A program made the position numbers and the translations under genes. A DNA stretch of 64,000 bases from Auanema rhodensis (lineage: Eukaryota > Animalia > Nematoda), in contig OZ059900.1 in the NCBI GenBank assembly GCA_964057225.1, positions 6,386,001 through 6,450,000 on the forward strand, given 5' to 3'. Below, piece after piece: positions 51,107-64,000 of the stretch; positions within the stretch are counted from its first letter, which is position 1; every line of letters begins with the position of its first letter. The notes under the pieces are model-generated. The model ran no database searches. It was given only the letters and a program-made list of their open reading frames with translations, and was not told the DNA's origin.

Positions 51107-53618
51107 CCTTGAAGTTTCAAACTAAAGATATGATTTTAATATATAATTTCAAATATATTCACGACAGATCATTAATGAGAATTAAATTGAATTAACAAAA
51201 AAATTAATTTCTTCTTCTTATGGCCTTACACATCGATTTTCGCCTTGTCTTTCAAATGTCCTGCTTTGCATGATGACATGAATAAAATAGCCATGGAGAA
51301 AGCACTAAGCGGAGTAAACAAATATATTGATTGAGAGTCTTAGCGTAGCGAGTATGTTGTTTTTTGTGGAAAAGAATATATAAAAGTTAAAAAATGAGCA
51401 ATGACATAAACCATTAGAAGAACATAATCATCACCTGATGATTTTCACGGAAAAAATAAAAACATTACAATGATAAGAACAACCATTTTCAAAGAAACCA
51501 GTTGTGAATGAGAGGTTAAGTTCATGTCAGCAGTTTACGATTTAGATAAGATATCATTAGAAGACAGAAAATGAATGAGAGAATCTATAGGCAATGTTGA
51601 TAATCGCTTATACATGATATCAAAAACATTGATTTTGGAAATGAATCAAGCTTGTGGATATATTATGAATATCATATCAGACATTACAACCGCTTTTGAA
51701 AAAAACTGAACCTTTGAAATATATTGATATTTTTGAAATAAAAACAACGAAATGGGTTATGTGACAATAAAATAAGAAAATTGCAAGTGGAGGGGGAGAG
51801 AGAAAGAGGGTAGGAGCACTAAAAACTAAGTTTGTGAGGAAATGTATTTGAGCAGTTAATAAAACAGAAACAAAAAAGAAGAGATATAACAATATAAGAC
51901 GGATATAAGAATATATATAACATAGGAAAACTGATGAAGAAGATAGAAAATGGATTGTTTCAAACTATTGAGTTGAGAGCATTGCTTTGGCACAGAATTC
52001 AAAAGAGGGATGAGACAACGATGAATGTCCACAGAGCATTATAACGGCGACTAGTGGAAAAACAGCAAAATATTCTTAAAGCCTGGCAATGTTGAGCAGT
52101 TGGCGCAAAGGAACTTGCTAGTTCGTTCAAATTGCTGTATGTTAAAAACCATTGCTTCGAATCAATAAACATTAGTGGATGCTGCTTTCAACAAAGACAA
52201 ATAGTAGTCTTCAACAGATTGATAAGACGGTTATTGTGATAGCTTTGTTATCAAATCCATTCCAACATACACAAATAGTATTTTATAGTAAATTAAAAAA
52301 TAGCCTGTACGGCTCTCAGATTAAAACAACAGATGTATGAAATGCAATAAATGAAGAAAACAGATCATGTTTTGTGGTTATATGATCTTCAGTCCTGAAT
52401 AAAAATAAGAAAATAAAGAGAAATAAGAAAAGATATTCAAACATATACTTCTGAAAAGTTTTTTGTATCTCCTTCTCAAATGATATAATAAACGAAAATA
52501 AAACAATGAATAATATTAATGTATAACATACTGAGAGAATCAATGTATGAAAATAAAAACAAAATACAAAAAAAATTTGGTCATTTGGTAAAGGGCAACT
52601 TCATTTCATGTTGTAACTTGTGTTTTGAACAGTCTAGTCACATACGCCAACTAACATTTTGAAGGAAGAAATTGAATCAATAATACGGCCATACCAAATG
52701 AAGTGAACTAGGAAAAAAATTGTCGACTTATGTGAGGAGTGGAAAGAGAAAACTGATAGAAAGTTGTGAACAAAAAGGAAAATAATGATACAATAACTGT
52801 AACTTTTGGTGGAAAAAGGAAAATAATGATACAATAACTGTAACAGATAATATAGTATACAATATTCAAAAATTCTACTAATATATAAATTGAAATTTGA
52901 CCTACCTTTAATATGACTGTGATCTACCCTGTAACTAAACTACACATAAATGTACTGGTGATATACAAATATACAATAGTACTGGAATAAATAAGAACTT
53001 TTTCCTCCAAATGATTTATTGATTTCACAATAATGTTATCACATTTTTAAAATATTCCTTTCCCTTTTCTTTGACATAGTACATGCGAATTTTCTTTATT
53101 TTCTCAGATTGTCAGGTTTAATTAGGATTGTAGGGTAATGAAATGTAATAATTGAAACAACAGTTAATTATATTACTTAAAGAATAAAATTCATATAATT
53201 AGGTTGCTATCATGAAATGGAAATGACCTCGACCAGATAGCCGACAAATATATTTCCGATTGATTGATTGAAAACGGTTAATATGAGAGTGTGAGAGTTA
53301 ATGAAAAAGAGTAGAAGACGTTGCAGAATGTGACAGAAATAACACATTAATAGGAGAGACATTGAAGACGGCAGGTTGGCCGATGCGCAAGAGCGACATA
53401 TCCGAAATGTGATTTGATAATCAATTTCAGTAACGATAGATGTACAAAACGGAAGACAACTAGCCATAGGAAGTGACACTATCAGCACTACGACGCAGAA
53501 AAAGTTGGCGAAGCATATTATAGAAGAGAGAACACGTACGTCACTTGTTTTTGTGTGTCACTTTGACTTTTTTCTGAATGTATAAGATGTTATAATATTT
53601 TTTTCATTGATATTTCAG

Positions 53619-56600
53619 ATGAGAAATAAATGGAAACTTTATGCAGTGATTGAACTTTTTGTAATTATAGCCGCTGAATTACCATCTAGTTTGTGTTTTA
53701 TACTACTACTATATCTGATTATTAATTCTCTTCAATTCTTCACTTTATTTCCATATAACATCGAAAAGTTTTATAAATTATATGAGCGTTATTTGAAATA
53801 AAACATTTTTCATTCACTTTGATATATCTAACAAACAGGTTTCAGAATTATTCGATTTACCTTCTCTCATAGTTTCTGTTGAACAACCTTACCTTATTAG
53901 AAACCAGACAACAAACTTAACGTGCCTTTTAAGTGCAGGATGGAGTGGTGTACATAATCCTTATAAAATGATTGAAAAACTGAATTCAACATTTACAGGC
54001 CTTTCTAGCTGATGTAGTTTGGATAAAAGATGGACGACCAGTACGTAAGCTATCAAAACATCATGAAACATTCCAACAAGACGGCAATGTGTAAGTTTCT
54101 GTGCTATAAATGAAAATATGAAATGAGATGTTATGTTTGGAATATTTTATAACTCTCAAAATATGATTAAATCTATTATGAACTAGATATAGCAGAATAT
54201 ACATATCAATATCTTTTCAGTTTAACTGTTATGGACGGTAGAAGCCATAGTGAAGGAGATTATCAATGTATTGCCGATGTTCGCAATATTTCTTTGTCTA
54301 ATAAGCAGATTATTGATACAAAACTGACATCATCACCAGTTAAAATGAGAAGAGCTCGTATGACTAGATTTGATAAAACAACAGAATACGTGAGTTCATT
54401 GTGTTTTTTGATATTCTTATATAATACATCATCTTGTCTACTTGTTATTGTCAGATGGTAAGCGCTAGACAAGGTGAAATAGCGCGTTTGCCTTGTATCG
54501 GTATCCCTGATGTCATCCCTGGCCCACCAGAAATTTGTTTTGAAAAAGAAGGAACACAAGGATGTTTTGGTGAACAAAGAGGTAATAATGAAAATCCGAT
54601 GAATTGAAAGATTCATCATGTTTCTCCTTGATGATGAAACAGAACACTGTTAAATCACATTGATTAATTTGAAACAGCTGATTAAGATATTTTCAGAATT
54701 TGAAGATGAAATATTTCTTACAACAAGTACTGGAATGCAAATTACAAATGTACAGCCGCATCATGCCGGAAACTATTATTGTGTTGTGCGCAATGAATAT
54801 ACAAAAGCCACAAAAAGATCTCATAAACCTGTTATTCTTTTGGTAGAAATATTCTTTTAATTATTTATTATTATTATATATTATAGGTATTAGTAGGGGA
54901 GCAATTAGATGATGATGAAGACACAGACTTTGTTCCTGAGCTTGTATACCCACCCAGACCATCTACTATATCAAAACCTATAGATCATGATGTTGTTGCT
55001 GGTCAAGATGTATTATTAGAATGTGTTATAACTAATGCTGAAATACATTGGATAAGGGTAAGTCTGACTACTACTCAATAGTTTCAAATCATTCTTCATA
55101 TATATTGTCATTGTTTATAGCATACGGATACGAATCAAGTCATTGTTGATACTAGTGATGATTCTCGCGTTCAAATACTTTGGGGAAATTTGAAAATTCG
55201 TTATGTGCGCACAGGTAGGCGTTCTGTTTATGATCAATGTAATCATAAACATCTGAAAATGTTTAAGAAGATAGTGGTTTATACTCTTGTAATGGTACGC
55301 CAATGCGTAATTCATCTGTAAATTCTACAGAGGAACTGATAGATTCAATTGAACATCCTGTTGTTTATTTTAATCTTGTTGTTCATAGACCAACAAGAGT
55401 TCAAATGGTTTTAACTGAGAATCCTTATGATAACAGCTGGGAGGTTTATCTGAATCACATAATTAAGCTATCAATCACATATTTCAGTTATTTTGTAATG
55501 CCAGTAATATGAAATATGAGATTCCAATGATTTTTGTTAATGGAAGCAATCTTCTTGATATTATTCCAAGTATGGGTATTGCTTTGGAGACAAACTTTTT
55601 TATGAATCCAATACGACTGACTTTAAGACCGAATCGGAATTTTAGTGGAAGTGTACAGGTTCTCGTTTAACAATTGATATAATGAAAAAAAAACTTATGC
55701 ATTCTATAGTGTATATCTCGACCTGCAATGGATGAAGCTGAAATATATGGCACAGATATGGATCGCGGTTCATCAAGAAACTTTTTTGTGAGTAGCTCAC
55801 GATTGAACAAAGGCGATCTAATTATTGAGGTATGATTTCAAGATAGAAATACAATTTTCGCAAAAAAAAAATAAAAATATTAATGGTTTAGGGACCTCAG
55901 AATAGTACAGTGCTTGTGGGAGAATCGACATATTTAGTTTGTAACACAACACGTGTAAAATCACGTTATTGGAAAAAAAGTATAATTATATTTTTATGTA
56001 TTTTAAAATAATTCTATAGATGGATCTTATGTTCGGGTTTATGAAAAAGGAGGACGAGCTAGTATTATTGGATCACATACTTTACATATTCGTAATGTAC
56101 AAATAAGTGATGAAGGATGGTATACATGTATAGTTACCGGTGAAGGTAATCTGGAAAATAGCGCTAAAGCGTATCTTAAGGTAAAATTTGAAACCAAGCT
56201 AAGTATAGCTATATGTCTAGGTCGTAACGGAAACAACTCAAGCTCCGGAAACAACAACTACAACAGCACCTGAATATATTCTAGAGATTCGAAATCTATT
56301 TGTTTGGAGCGATAGTGCAAGTGTGTTCTCATTACAATGGGAAGTTGATGGCCCAGCAGAAGGTATCACTGCTATAACAGGCCAAAGGTATTTATTATTA
56401 GTTTTATATTGCTACATATGTTTTAAATCTTTTAGAATTGAACGTAGTGAAGAAGAAAATCCAACAGGAAACTGGACTATAACCAGGTTGCTTGAACCAG
56501 AAGTACGAAACACCACAATAGATGGATTACAAGTTTTAAAAAAGTATGTATTGTACATGAAAGATATTTATTGTTAGTTGATCTGACAACAAAATTTCTC

Positions 56601-57762
56601 TGTATATTCTTATAGATATCGGTTTCGTCTTGTAATTTTACGCAAAAATGCATCACCAGTATTCAGTAATATGACAGAATATGTAGCGATTGACCCACAG
56701 GCAGTCAAAAACTTGGTGTGTTTAAATTCTATACAGTCATTGTAACTATTTTGAAGATTTTACTCACAAAACGTTCAAAACCAGCAGAAGTGTATGTGAG
56801 ATGGATTCATCATATTGCAACGGCGTCAGAAAAAGCAACATCATACATTTTAAGTTATTGGGCTTTAAAGGAAAACATAAATGTGGTAAATACTTTTTGA
56901 TGTGCCATATTTCTATCCGAAAAATATATTCAGATGACTTTGAGAGGCAATGAAACTGAAACAATTATACGTGATCTTGATCCTGAATCTTCATATACTT
57001 TTCAAATTCGTTCACTTAGTCAAAATGGTAAAAGTATTCTGAGTCAAGTTACTAACGCTGAAAGTCTAAGTAAGTTAATCGATTCATGTATATTACTTTT
57101 CTCAGTTTGCTATTTTCTTCAAATTTTCATGTTTTAGGTTCATCATCGGATAAAAAAAGTTGTGGATTACTTAGTTGTGGAGCGTTTATACGATTTTTTT
57201 TGTCCGTGTTTTTAATTTCTCTAGTTGTAATTGCTGCTGCCATTTATTTCAAAAGACGTACCAAAAAAACTGCAAAAATACTTCGAAAACTAGATTTTGG
57301 TTTGATAACTTTATCATATTTCATCATTATTTTTCAAAATCATAGAAGGAAATGGAAAATTTTTGGATACGTCTTTTACAATTTATCGCGAACACAAAGC
57401 TTCAGAATCTATAATGGATCGTGATAGACATTCCTTAGCTACCACATGTCTTGCTCATGAGATAGTGAATGATCAAGCTCCATTGCATCAGGTGTGGTTA
57501 GGCTCAATAATTTATGATTGATGATTCAAATAGATTGAAATGAACAAATTAAATTGGCATTATTTCCAGGAAATGATTGAAAATGCTTTATGGTCTCAGA
57601 AAGATAGCCTTGATGAAACTAGCTATTTAATGAAGGTATCAGCTGGATCATTTCTATTTTTATTTCCACTTTATCTTTCAGAATTTCCCAAAATCGGAAT
57701 ATATTTATGGCAAGAAAAATTCTTGTAGTAGCTGTGCCACATATTCAGATATGAATTGCTGA
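53619..57762 (+). CDS. Single-pass Ig + fibronectin type III receptor (4-5 Ig, 2 FN3, TM, short tail); Ihog/CDON/BOC-like architecture
   Basis: tttcag directly before the ATG and a signal-peptide-like exon 1. Ig motifs: TCLL...WIKDG...EGDYQC; ARLPC...AGNYYC; LECV...WIR...DSGLYSC; LVC...DEGWYTC. Two FN3 repeats (LQWEV...LQVLKKYRF; VRW...LDPESSYTFQIRS). TM FIRFFLSVFLISLVVIAAAIYF followed by KRR. Confidence 0.8.
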
Positions 57763-58671
57763 AAATTTCTCAATAAGGTTTTACCTCTCGTCATGTATAA
57801 AATGAATTATTTATATGGAATGAATAAAAAGATTTATGTATTTGCCTCCCTTATGCAAATTTTTAAAATATTGAACATTTGTAGAGAAGAAAAGAAGGGA
57901 GAATAGATGACAATTACAGAGAGTAGTGTTTATACTAGCAATTATAAGAGAGTAAGATATCTTCTTCAGGTTATGTTATGCAGATTTCCTCCAAATGATC
58001 TAAAGTCATTGTTGTAGCACACTGATTAAAGAGAGAGAGACAAGAACAGACCGTTAACTGAGACATTGTCAGTCAGACAGCCTGCGAGATAGCCTGCCGG
58101 ACTGGAGAGGCTGCTGCTTGGAACACATGTCAGTTTTCGGCTGCAATGGATAAGATGGCCTGAACTGAGCAGACCGGTGAGGATTGTGACGAGTAGAAGA
58201 AAAGACGGCTGTTCCGTGTACACCTAGCTAGTGGAAAGGCAGAAGACTGAATGCATTTGTGCTTTGTGTATTCAGCTAGGCCGATAAGCCCACAATCTCT
58301 ACTACGACTGTCTCAGCTTTTCAATAGTTTTTTTTTTCTAAATTTTTGCAATCATACTTCATATGAGAGATATTTGTCAGTGTTATCGTCAACTGCACAA
58401 TATCAATGTTATTAGTAGCTATTTGTCAGATATAAACTAATTAGTTCCAATTTTTTCCCTTTTCTTTACAACTGATCACTGACAAAGTTTCAACCTGAAA
58501 AAACTACTCATCTCAAATAGCTTTCACAATTTTCGTTTATGAAAAAAGCTTGAAGAAAAGCTATAATTTTTTTCAGAACTATCGTATTGATCATTTTTTT
58601 TGGTCTAGAAGTTGAAATTAAAATTAAGGAATTTCTAATATAAGAAATAATTCTTGGGGCAGCTGCCCGCA

Positions 58672-61600
58672 ATGAGTGAATCATTAGAACAAGTTACAGT
58701 ATGTGCATTTTTCATATTTCGAAGGAATAATAATCTAATTGTCTTATAGCTACCCGATGAAGTTGATGATCAGCTGCGATCCAGCTCACCTGTTGATACA
58801 TTACGAAAGAATAGCAGATCTCCACGACTTACTACTAGCGGGTAAGTGTAACTATTCAACAAAATGACGTAAACGATGGACTTTTAAGTGTAATATAATA
58901 TAAGTTGACTCGTTTTTGTGAATAATGTGATCAGAAACTGCTAAGTGTTATTTTATCACTTAGAGGGGAAATTGCTTCGTTCAATTTCATATGTGTATAG
59001 ATTTACAACATTTATTTTCATTGCTATCATTATTCGTTTCATCTTAATCTCATCTTATTCCCTATTAAATTATCTTTATCTCGTGCTCCACCAGTTATCC
59101 CTCAGCTCCTCTTTATATAACCTAATGTCCATTACAACAATTCGCTCAGGTGGCGTTTTAAGAAAGCTTCATATTTGCAGACAATGAAGTTATACTTAAT
59201 ATGCAAATAACAGATGCTTAATTCGAGACACATATCGATTAAAGAATCTCCATTCAATGATATATACTAGCAATTGCTGTTAAGCCTGATGCAATATAAG
59301 TGTAAAATTTTATCTTGTTCCCTACTCGTATTTAAAGATAACCTGAAACTCTTGAACTCCACCTTGGTCTCTGTCCGTGTGGTTGAGATTAAGATAGTCA
59401 CAACCGTTGAACAGCGGTTAACCATGAACTTAAAAATTGAATAAAAAAACATGAAGCCTTCTAATTTGATGTATTTTCTTTTATCCTGTCATTATTTTTT
59501 TCTTGTTTGAACAAATTTTCGGGCTGTTCAGAACAGAATAGCGGAAGAGTATATACAAGAAAAGAACAACTGCTGTTAGGGAGTAGACCGATTTGTCCTG
59601 CTTTTAAACTAATGATCATGAAGTACACATGACGTCAGGCAATTGAGATGAATTGCTGCTAAGAGGATCAGCTCTTCGGTTATATTTTCTATTTGTCCGG
59701 TGTTCATGTTATCATGAGTTTCAACTTCTATTTTACAAAACTGTTAGATTTACAAACAATTTTATTTCAGAGAATCGCCCATAGCTGTTGCCTTACCTTT
59801 AGTTCGAGATTCACGACCCCAAATTGCAGCTTGGCCAGCTCCTCCGTACAGCCATGTGCTAAACCAAGCATTATCCAAAGCAGACATAATGTAAGCAATA
59901 ATACAAGAATTAAAAGTAATGTCAAATCTTTATTTCATTGCAGAAGCACACCTGCTATAACAACGCCTTTGAAATCATCTGTACAGCTTTCACCTATTTC
60001 GAATAACTATAATTTCGGTTACCATATGGATTTGAACGATGTTGCTGCGGCTATTGTCAGTCCATTCAAATGCCAAACATCTCCATCTCAAACAACGATT
60101 GACCGTTTTGAGACACCTCCACAACGGGAAACTGAGTTGAAACGCAAAATTCAGACGTTAGAAGAGACGGTTGCTGAGTATGAGAGACAAAAGTTTGATG
60201 TGATGGGCACATTCAGTGAGTACAGGTATACTGGAGCTTTTGAATATAAAATATACATCAGCTTACAGAGAGCGTGTGGCAGAGCGTGAACGAAAACTGG
60301 AGGCTGAATATTCCGGAAAAATAATTGCTTTATCTGAAGAAGTTTTAGGTGCCAAAAAAGATTTCGAGACGCGAATGAAAAATTTCCATACATTACAAGT
60401 AGAGGATATATTTGATTTTATAGTTTTAAAACAATGAGATTTAGGCTAAATTCGAAAGAGAAAAAGAACTTGCGTTGGAAAAACTTAGAGAAGAGCATCA
60501 AAAAGAAATTCAACTATTAGAGCAGAAATTCTCAGAATCCCAGCTTCTTAGTTTGAAACAGAAGTAGCTTTTTTCAATTACGATACGACACTTCTTTTTT
60601 AATGTTTAGGTATATTATTGAAATTCAACGTTTGGAAGAAGAGCGTAAAAGTCTTCGAGCAGAGAAGGAACGTCTTGGCGAAACTTTTGAAATGAAATTG
60701 AGACGTGCTCAGTCGCTTTACGAAACGGAGCTTACAGCAGCAAAGATGTTATACAGTAAAGAGCTTGAAGCGCTCAAAGAACACGAAGAAGCTCTGAAAG
60801 ATGAATTCCTTGCAAGGTTTATTCAAAGAAAAAAAATTTATTCAAATTTTCAAAATTTAGGCAAGATGAATTTCGTGATCGCTTACTAGAACAACAGCAT
60901 ACCGCAAAAAAATCAAGAGAAGATTTGATATCTTGTAAAAATGATTATCTGACGCTGGAGAAAAAAGTAGAAAGTAAAGAAAATGAAATACATAGGTTGT
61001 CGCGTGAACTGGAAGAAACTAAGCGAGAAACGAACAATATCTTGCAACGCTTACAAACCGTAACATCAGAAAGAACTGAATACAGATCTCAAATTGCAAT
61101 ACATCAAGAAGAGTTACGTAAGAAAACAGGTAATTTTGCTAAAATGTGACAACCTTGGAGATATGATGTGTTTCAGAAGTCATCAATGCTGTGGAACAAA
61201 CAAAATCACAGATGAATCAGATGGTTCGAGATTTACAATCCGAAGTGAAAGGCTTGAAAAATAAGGTTCCGTTGAAAAATCTTTGTAGCTTCATAACAGT
61301 GTTATCAGGTTGACTTTTTGGAAAGAGAACGAGATGCATTACAGTCAGAAAGTGAAAGTCAAGTTCAAATGCAGACATCACAAGTAAATGCTCTAGAGGC
61401 TGTGTTGGAAAGTGTTACTTCTGAAAAGGAGCATACTAAAGAACATTACGAAAACTTGTTGACAAAAGAAAAGCAACAAGCCGAAGCCCGCGAGTTAGCA
61501 ATGAAAAAAGAATTCAGCAGCAAGCTGAACGAACTAGAAGAGCAATATACTTGTTTGAAAGAAGATTTAGAGCAGGCAGCCCGAGTCGATCAAGATGAGC

Positions 61601-61768
61601 TCAGAATGGTAAAAATTATCAACTTAATTTAAATGAAATATTTTAATTATCAATTACTTTCAGTCTTCTGAGCAGCAGATTCGTTCATTACAAGCAGAAA
61701 AGGAATTATTAGAAACTGAGCTAGCTGAATTAAAAAGTAAATTTCCTGATTCGGTGGAAGAGTGGTGA
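58672..61768 (+). CDS. tag-278: FAM184-family long coiled-coil protein (C. elegans tag-278-like); 3' end uncertain
   Basis: LEETVAEYERQKFDVMGTFSEYRERVAERERKLEAEYSGKIIALSEEVLGAKKDFETRM and YIIEIQRLEEERKSLRAEKERLGETFEMKLRRAQSLYETELTAAK, recognised from memory as the nematode FAM184 signature. The last clear exon (61664 onward) either stops at TGA 61766-61768 or splices from gtgagt at 61765. Confidence 0.75.
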
Positions 61769-62506
61769 GTCCTTTTTTCGAAAAAGCACAATAGGCATTC
61801 ATAATATTTTTTTATATCGCTGGATATACACGATTTTCAGATATCAGAGAATAATTATTTGTTATTATTCTATGTACAACCCGTTGCTTAACATCGTTTA
61901 CTCTGCGATTCATCCAGTTCAATGATTTATGATTTCTAGGACAAATACTATGTACTTAAATACCAATTCCTTTTTACGTGACCATTGAAATCGCGAGCTG
62001 AGCTCAATTTTCAATATGAATTCAAATGTTTACAAAAAGAAAGGAAAAAAGACAATAAATTCTTTTTTCTATAAAATAATCTTGGTTTTTATTACGCAAG
62101 GAATAGCACACTGCCAATTTAACGTAATAGCTTTAAAGCCTCTTTTTCACATATTTGATTGTTAATTGAACAGAAATAGAAGAAATGTTTATTCAAACTG
62201 GGCAGCATTAGTATGGATTGATAACCACATACGACATGTTCAATGGAAAATATGCAAATAGTATTATGGAAAATAGATGTCATGTATTAATAAATTAAAA
62301 ACTTTAAAATAAACAAATTTAAAACCTAATAAGTTTGATTATTAGAAACTATTTAATAGAGATTTGTTAATAAATATGTATAGTTATGTATATATTCAGA
62401 AAAATGACCTGTCGAACGCACCCTTTCGTATTCTATCTATAATGTATAGATTTTCGATTAGATACATTTCTAGCATGTTCCAGATGCAACGGAATGGTCA
62501 TCGAAA

Positions 62507-62880
62507 TTACAAATCAAGAATATTAAAGGATTCAAAGTAATCCTCGGCTAGATCAAATCCGGTGTTGAAGATAGCATCGGTGAATATATCCAAAATGTTT
62601 TCCTGGGTTAACTCCATGCCCTTTTCCTGTAGGAAATTAGCAAAGTTAGTCATGTCGATATCCTCGAGATCTTCGCTGAGTGGATCATCCATAAAAAGAT
62701 TTTTGTCTGTAAGCATGTCGAAGAAGACTTTGAATTCTTCAGAAGTCATAGACCAGAATAGAATATTCCTAAGTGCTGAAATATATTTATTAATTTCGCA
62801 AATTTCAAAGGCATCTTTTAACTAATTGACACTCGCATCTTGTAGAATTGATCCCTAAACTTGCTTTGGGACGGTTCTCT
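62507..62880 (-). CDS. Small acidic, probably helical protein of unknown function (5' exons uncertain)
   Basis: 80-codon ORF with coding-like composition. It extends in frame to a tttcag acceptor at 62776-62781, with a plausible upstream exon at ~62879-62823 across a 47-nt intron. Confidence 0.5.
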
Positions 62881-64000
62881 TAAAAAAAGAAGTAATAATT
62901 GTTATTATAGGAACTAAAAAAAATTGGATTATATACACAATGAAAAAAGAAAAAATAGAAATTAATAGTCTTTTCAGATCTGCATTCAATTCTTGGTAGT
63001 ACTAGCATTTCAGACAATGGGCGCAGATGATAAGAGATAAGAAAATAAACCGAATGCACTTTGTCTATGTTATATTAAATGTAAAAATGTAATTGAATGA
63101 TCATTTGTCAAAAGACATCAAAACTAAACTGTTCCTTTCAACAAAAATTTGTTTAAACTTCGAACTGAGTATGTCAAGTATGAATCATGCTAATTCTTTG
63201 AAAATAAATATATTTTTAAAATTATGGGAACAAACGAGTGTTATCCAATTTTTTAAATTTTAGATATCATAAGAAAATTTAGGTTTGTATCGTTACAAAG
63301 GAGAATGTGAAAAGCGAACAGCAACAGCGGTAAACGGCTTGAATGAAATGAAGTTGGGATGCTGTAGTGCCGGAGGCAATTCTTCTGCTGACGCAAATAT
63401 AAAATTATTTGTAATCCGGATGAGCAGAAAATACCGGAACAGTAAATGATTTAATATATTTAGCGGAAAAACGTTCAATGAAAAATGAGTTCGAATAATG
63501 AAAAAGTGAGCATGTTCTCATATAGAGAGAGAGAAAATACTGCCTAGATACATATATCTACTTCAAAAGCAATATGAGGGTTATAAGTATTAATCTGTTG
63601 CTGTTAAGCATTTGCGAAATATTCGAGTAGAGATCATCTCAAAAATTATTATGAAATAAGCAAAAACAAGGTCTAACATGACAAAGAAGAACTCTGATTC
63701 CTGCTAATGTCATCCTTGAATTAGCATTCCAATAAGATAGAAAGAATAGGATTCAATGGTGGGCTGAGATTTTTTTCACATCCCTTTTGGCTATTCGCCA
63801 TTTTAAGAGCATTTTTCCTAGAAAATGGAAAAAAACGAGCGCTTTAAGCTTTCCTCACATGTGGGCTCTTTTTTATTGCCATTGTTTCGTGACCAAAAAT
63901 GACTGCTGAGATAATGCAGGCATCAAACACATTTTTTATTCAAAAATTGAATAAAAGGAAAGCAAATTCAACAGCAGAAAAAAATGTGAAAAGGCAAAAC

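Noticed and set aside
52772-52843. Direct duplication of about 30 bp (aaaaggaaaataatgatacaataactgtaac)
   Set aside because: Only two copies with a short spacer; most likely a local slippage or duplication with no sign of function.

Overview
AT-rich, intron-dense eukaryotic DNA, almost certainly a rhabditid nematode (Caenorhabditis-like): introns of about 40-55 nt, TTTCAG/TATAG acceptors, trans-splice-like acceptors just before ATGs, and clear aco-1, daf-36 and tag-278 homologues. The window has two compartments. (1) 1-21.5 kb is repetitive. It opens with the 3' end of a probable BEL/Pao LTR retrotransposon, followed by a short satellite array in reverse orientation. Next come four near-identical tandem copies of a spliced minus-strand gene encoding an N-terminal ubiquitin-like domain plus an atypical PI3K/PI4K/HipA-like kinase domain, each followed by the same 169/135-bp satellite in forward orientation. 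The layout resembles a foldback/MULE-type element with satellite-built inverted arms and an amplified cargo gene. All four copies share the same lesions, including a TAG immediately before the catalytic DLHxxN. (2) 21.5-64 kb is ordinary gene-rich DNA: a very large unknown gene built from duplicated phase-0 exon cassettes, a GDPD, cytosolic aconitase (aco-1), Rieske sterol 7-desaturase (daf-36), a GT14 core-2/I-branching GlcNAc transferase, a mitochondrial dicarboxylate carrier, an Ihog/CDON-like Ig-FN3 receptor, a FAM184/tag-278 coiled-coil gene and a small acidic ORF. Exon boundaries were read by eye and no database searches were run.
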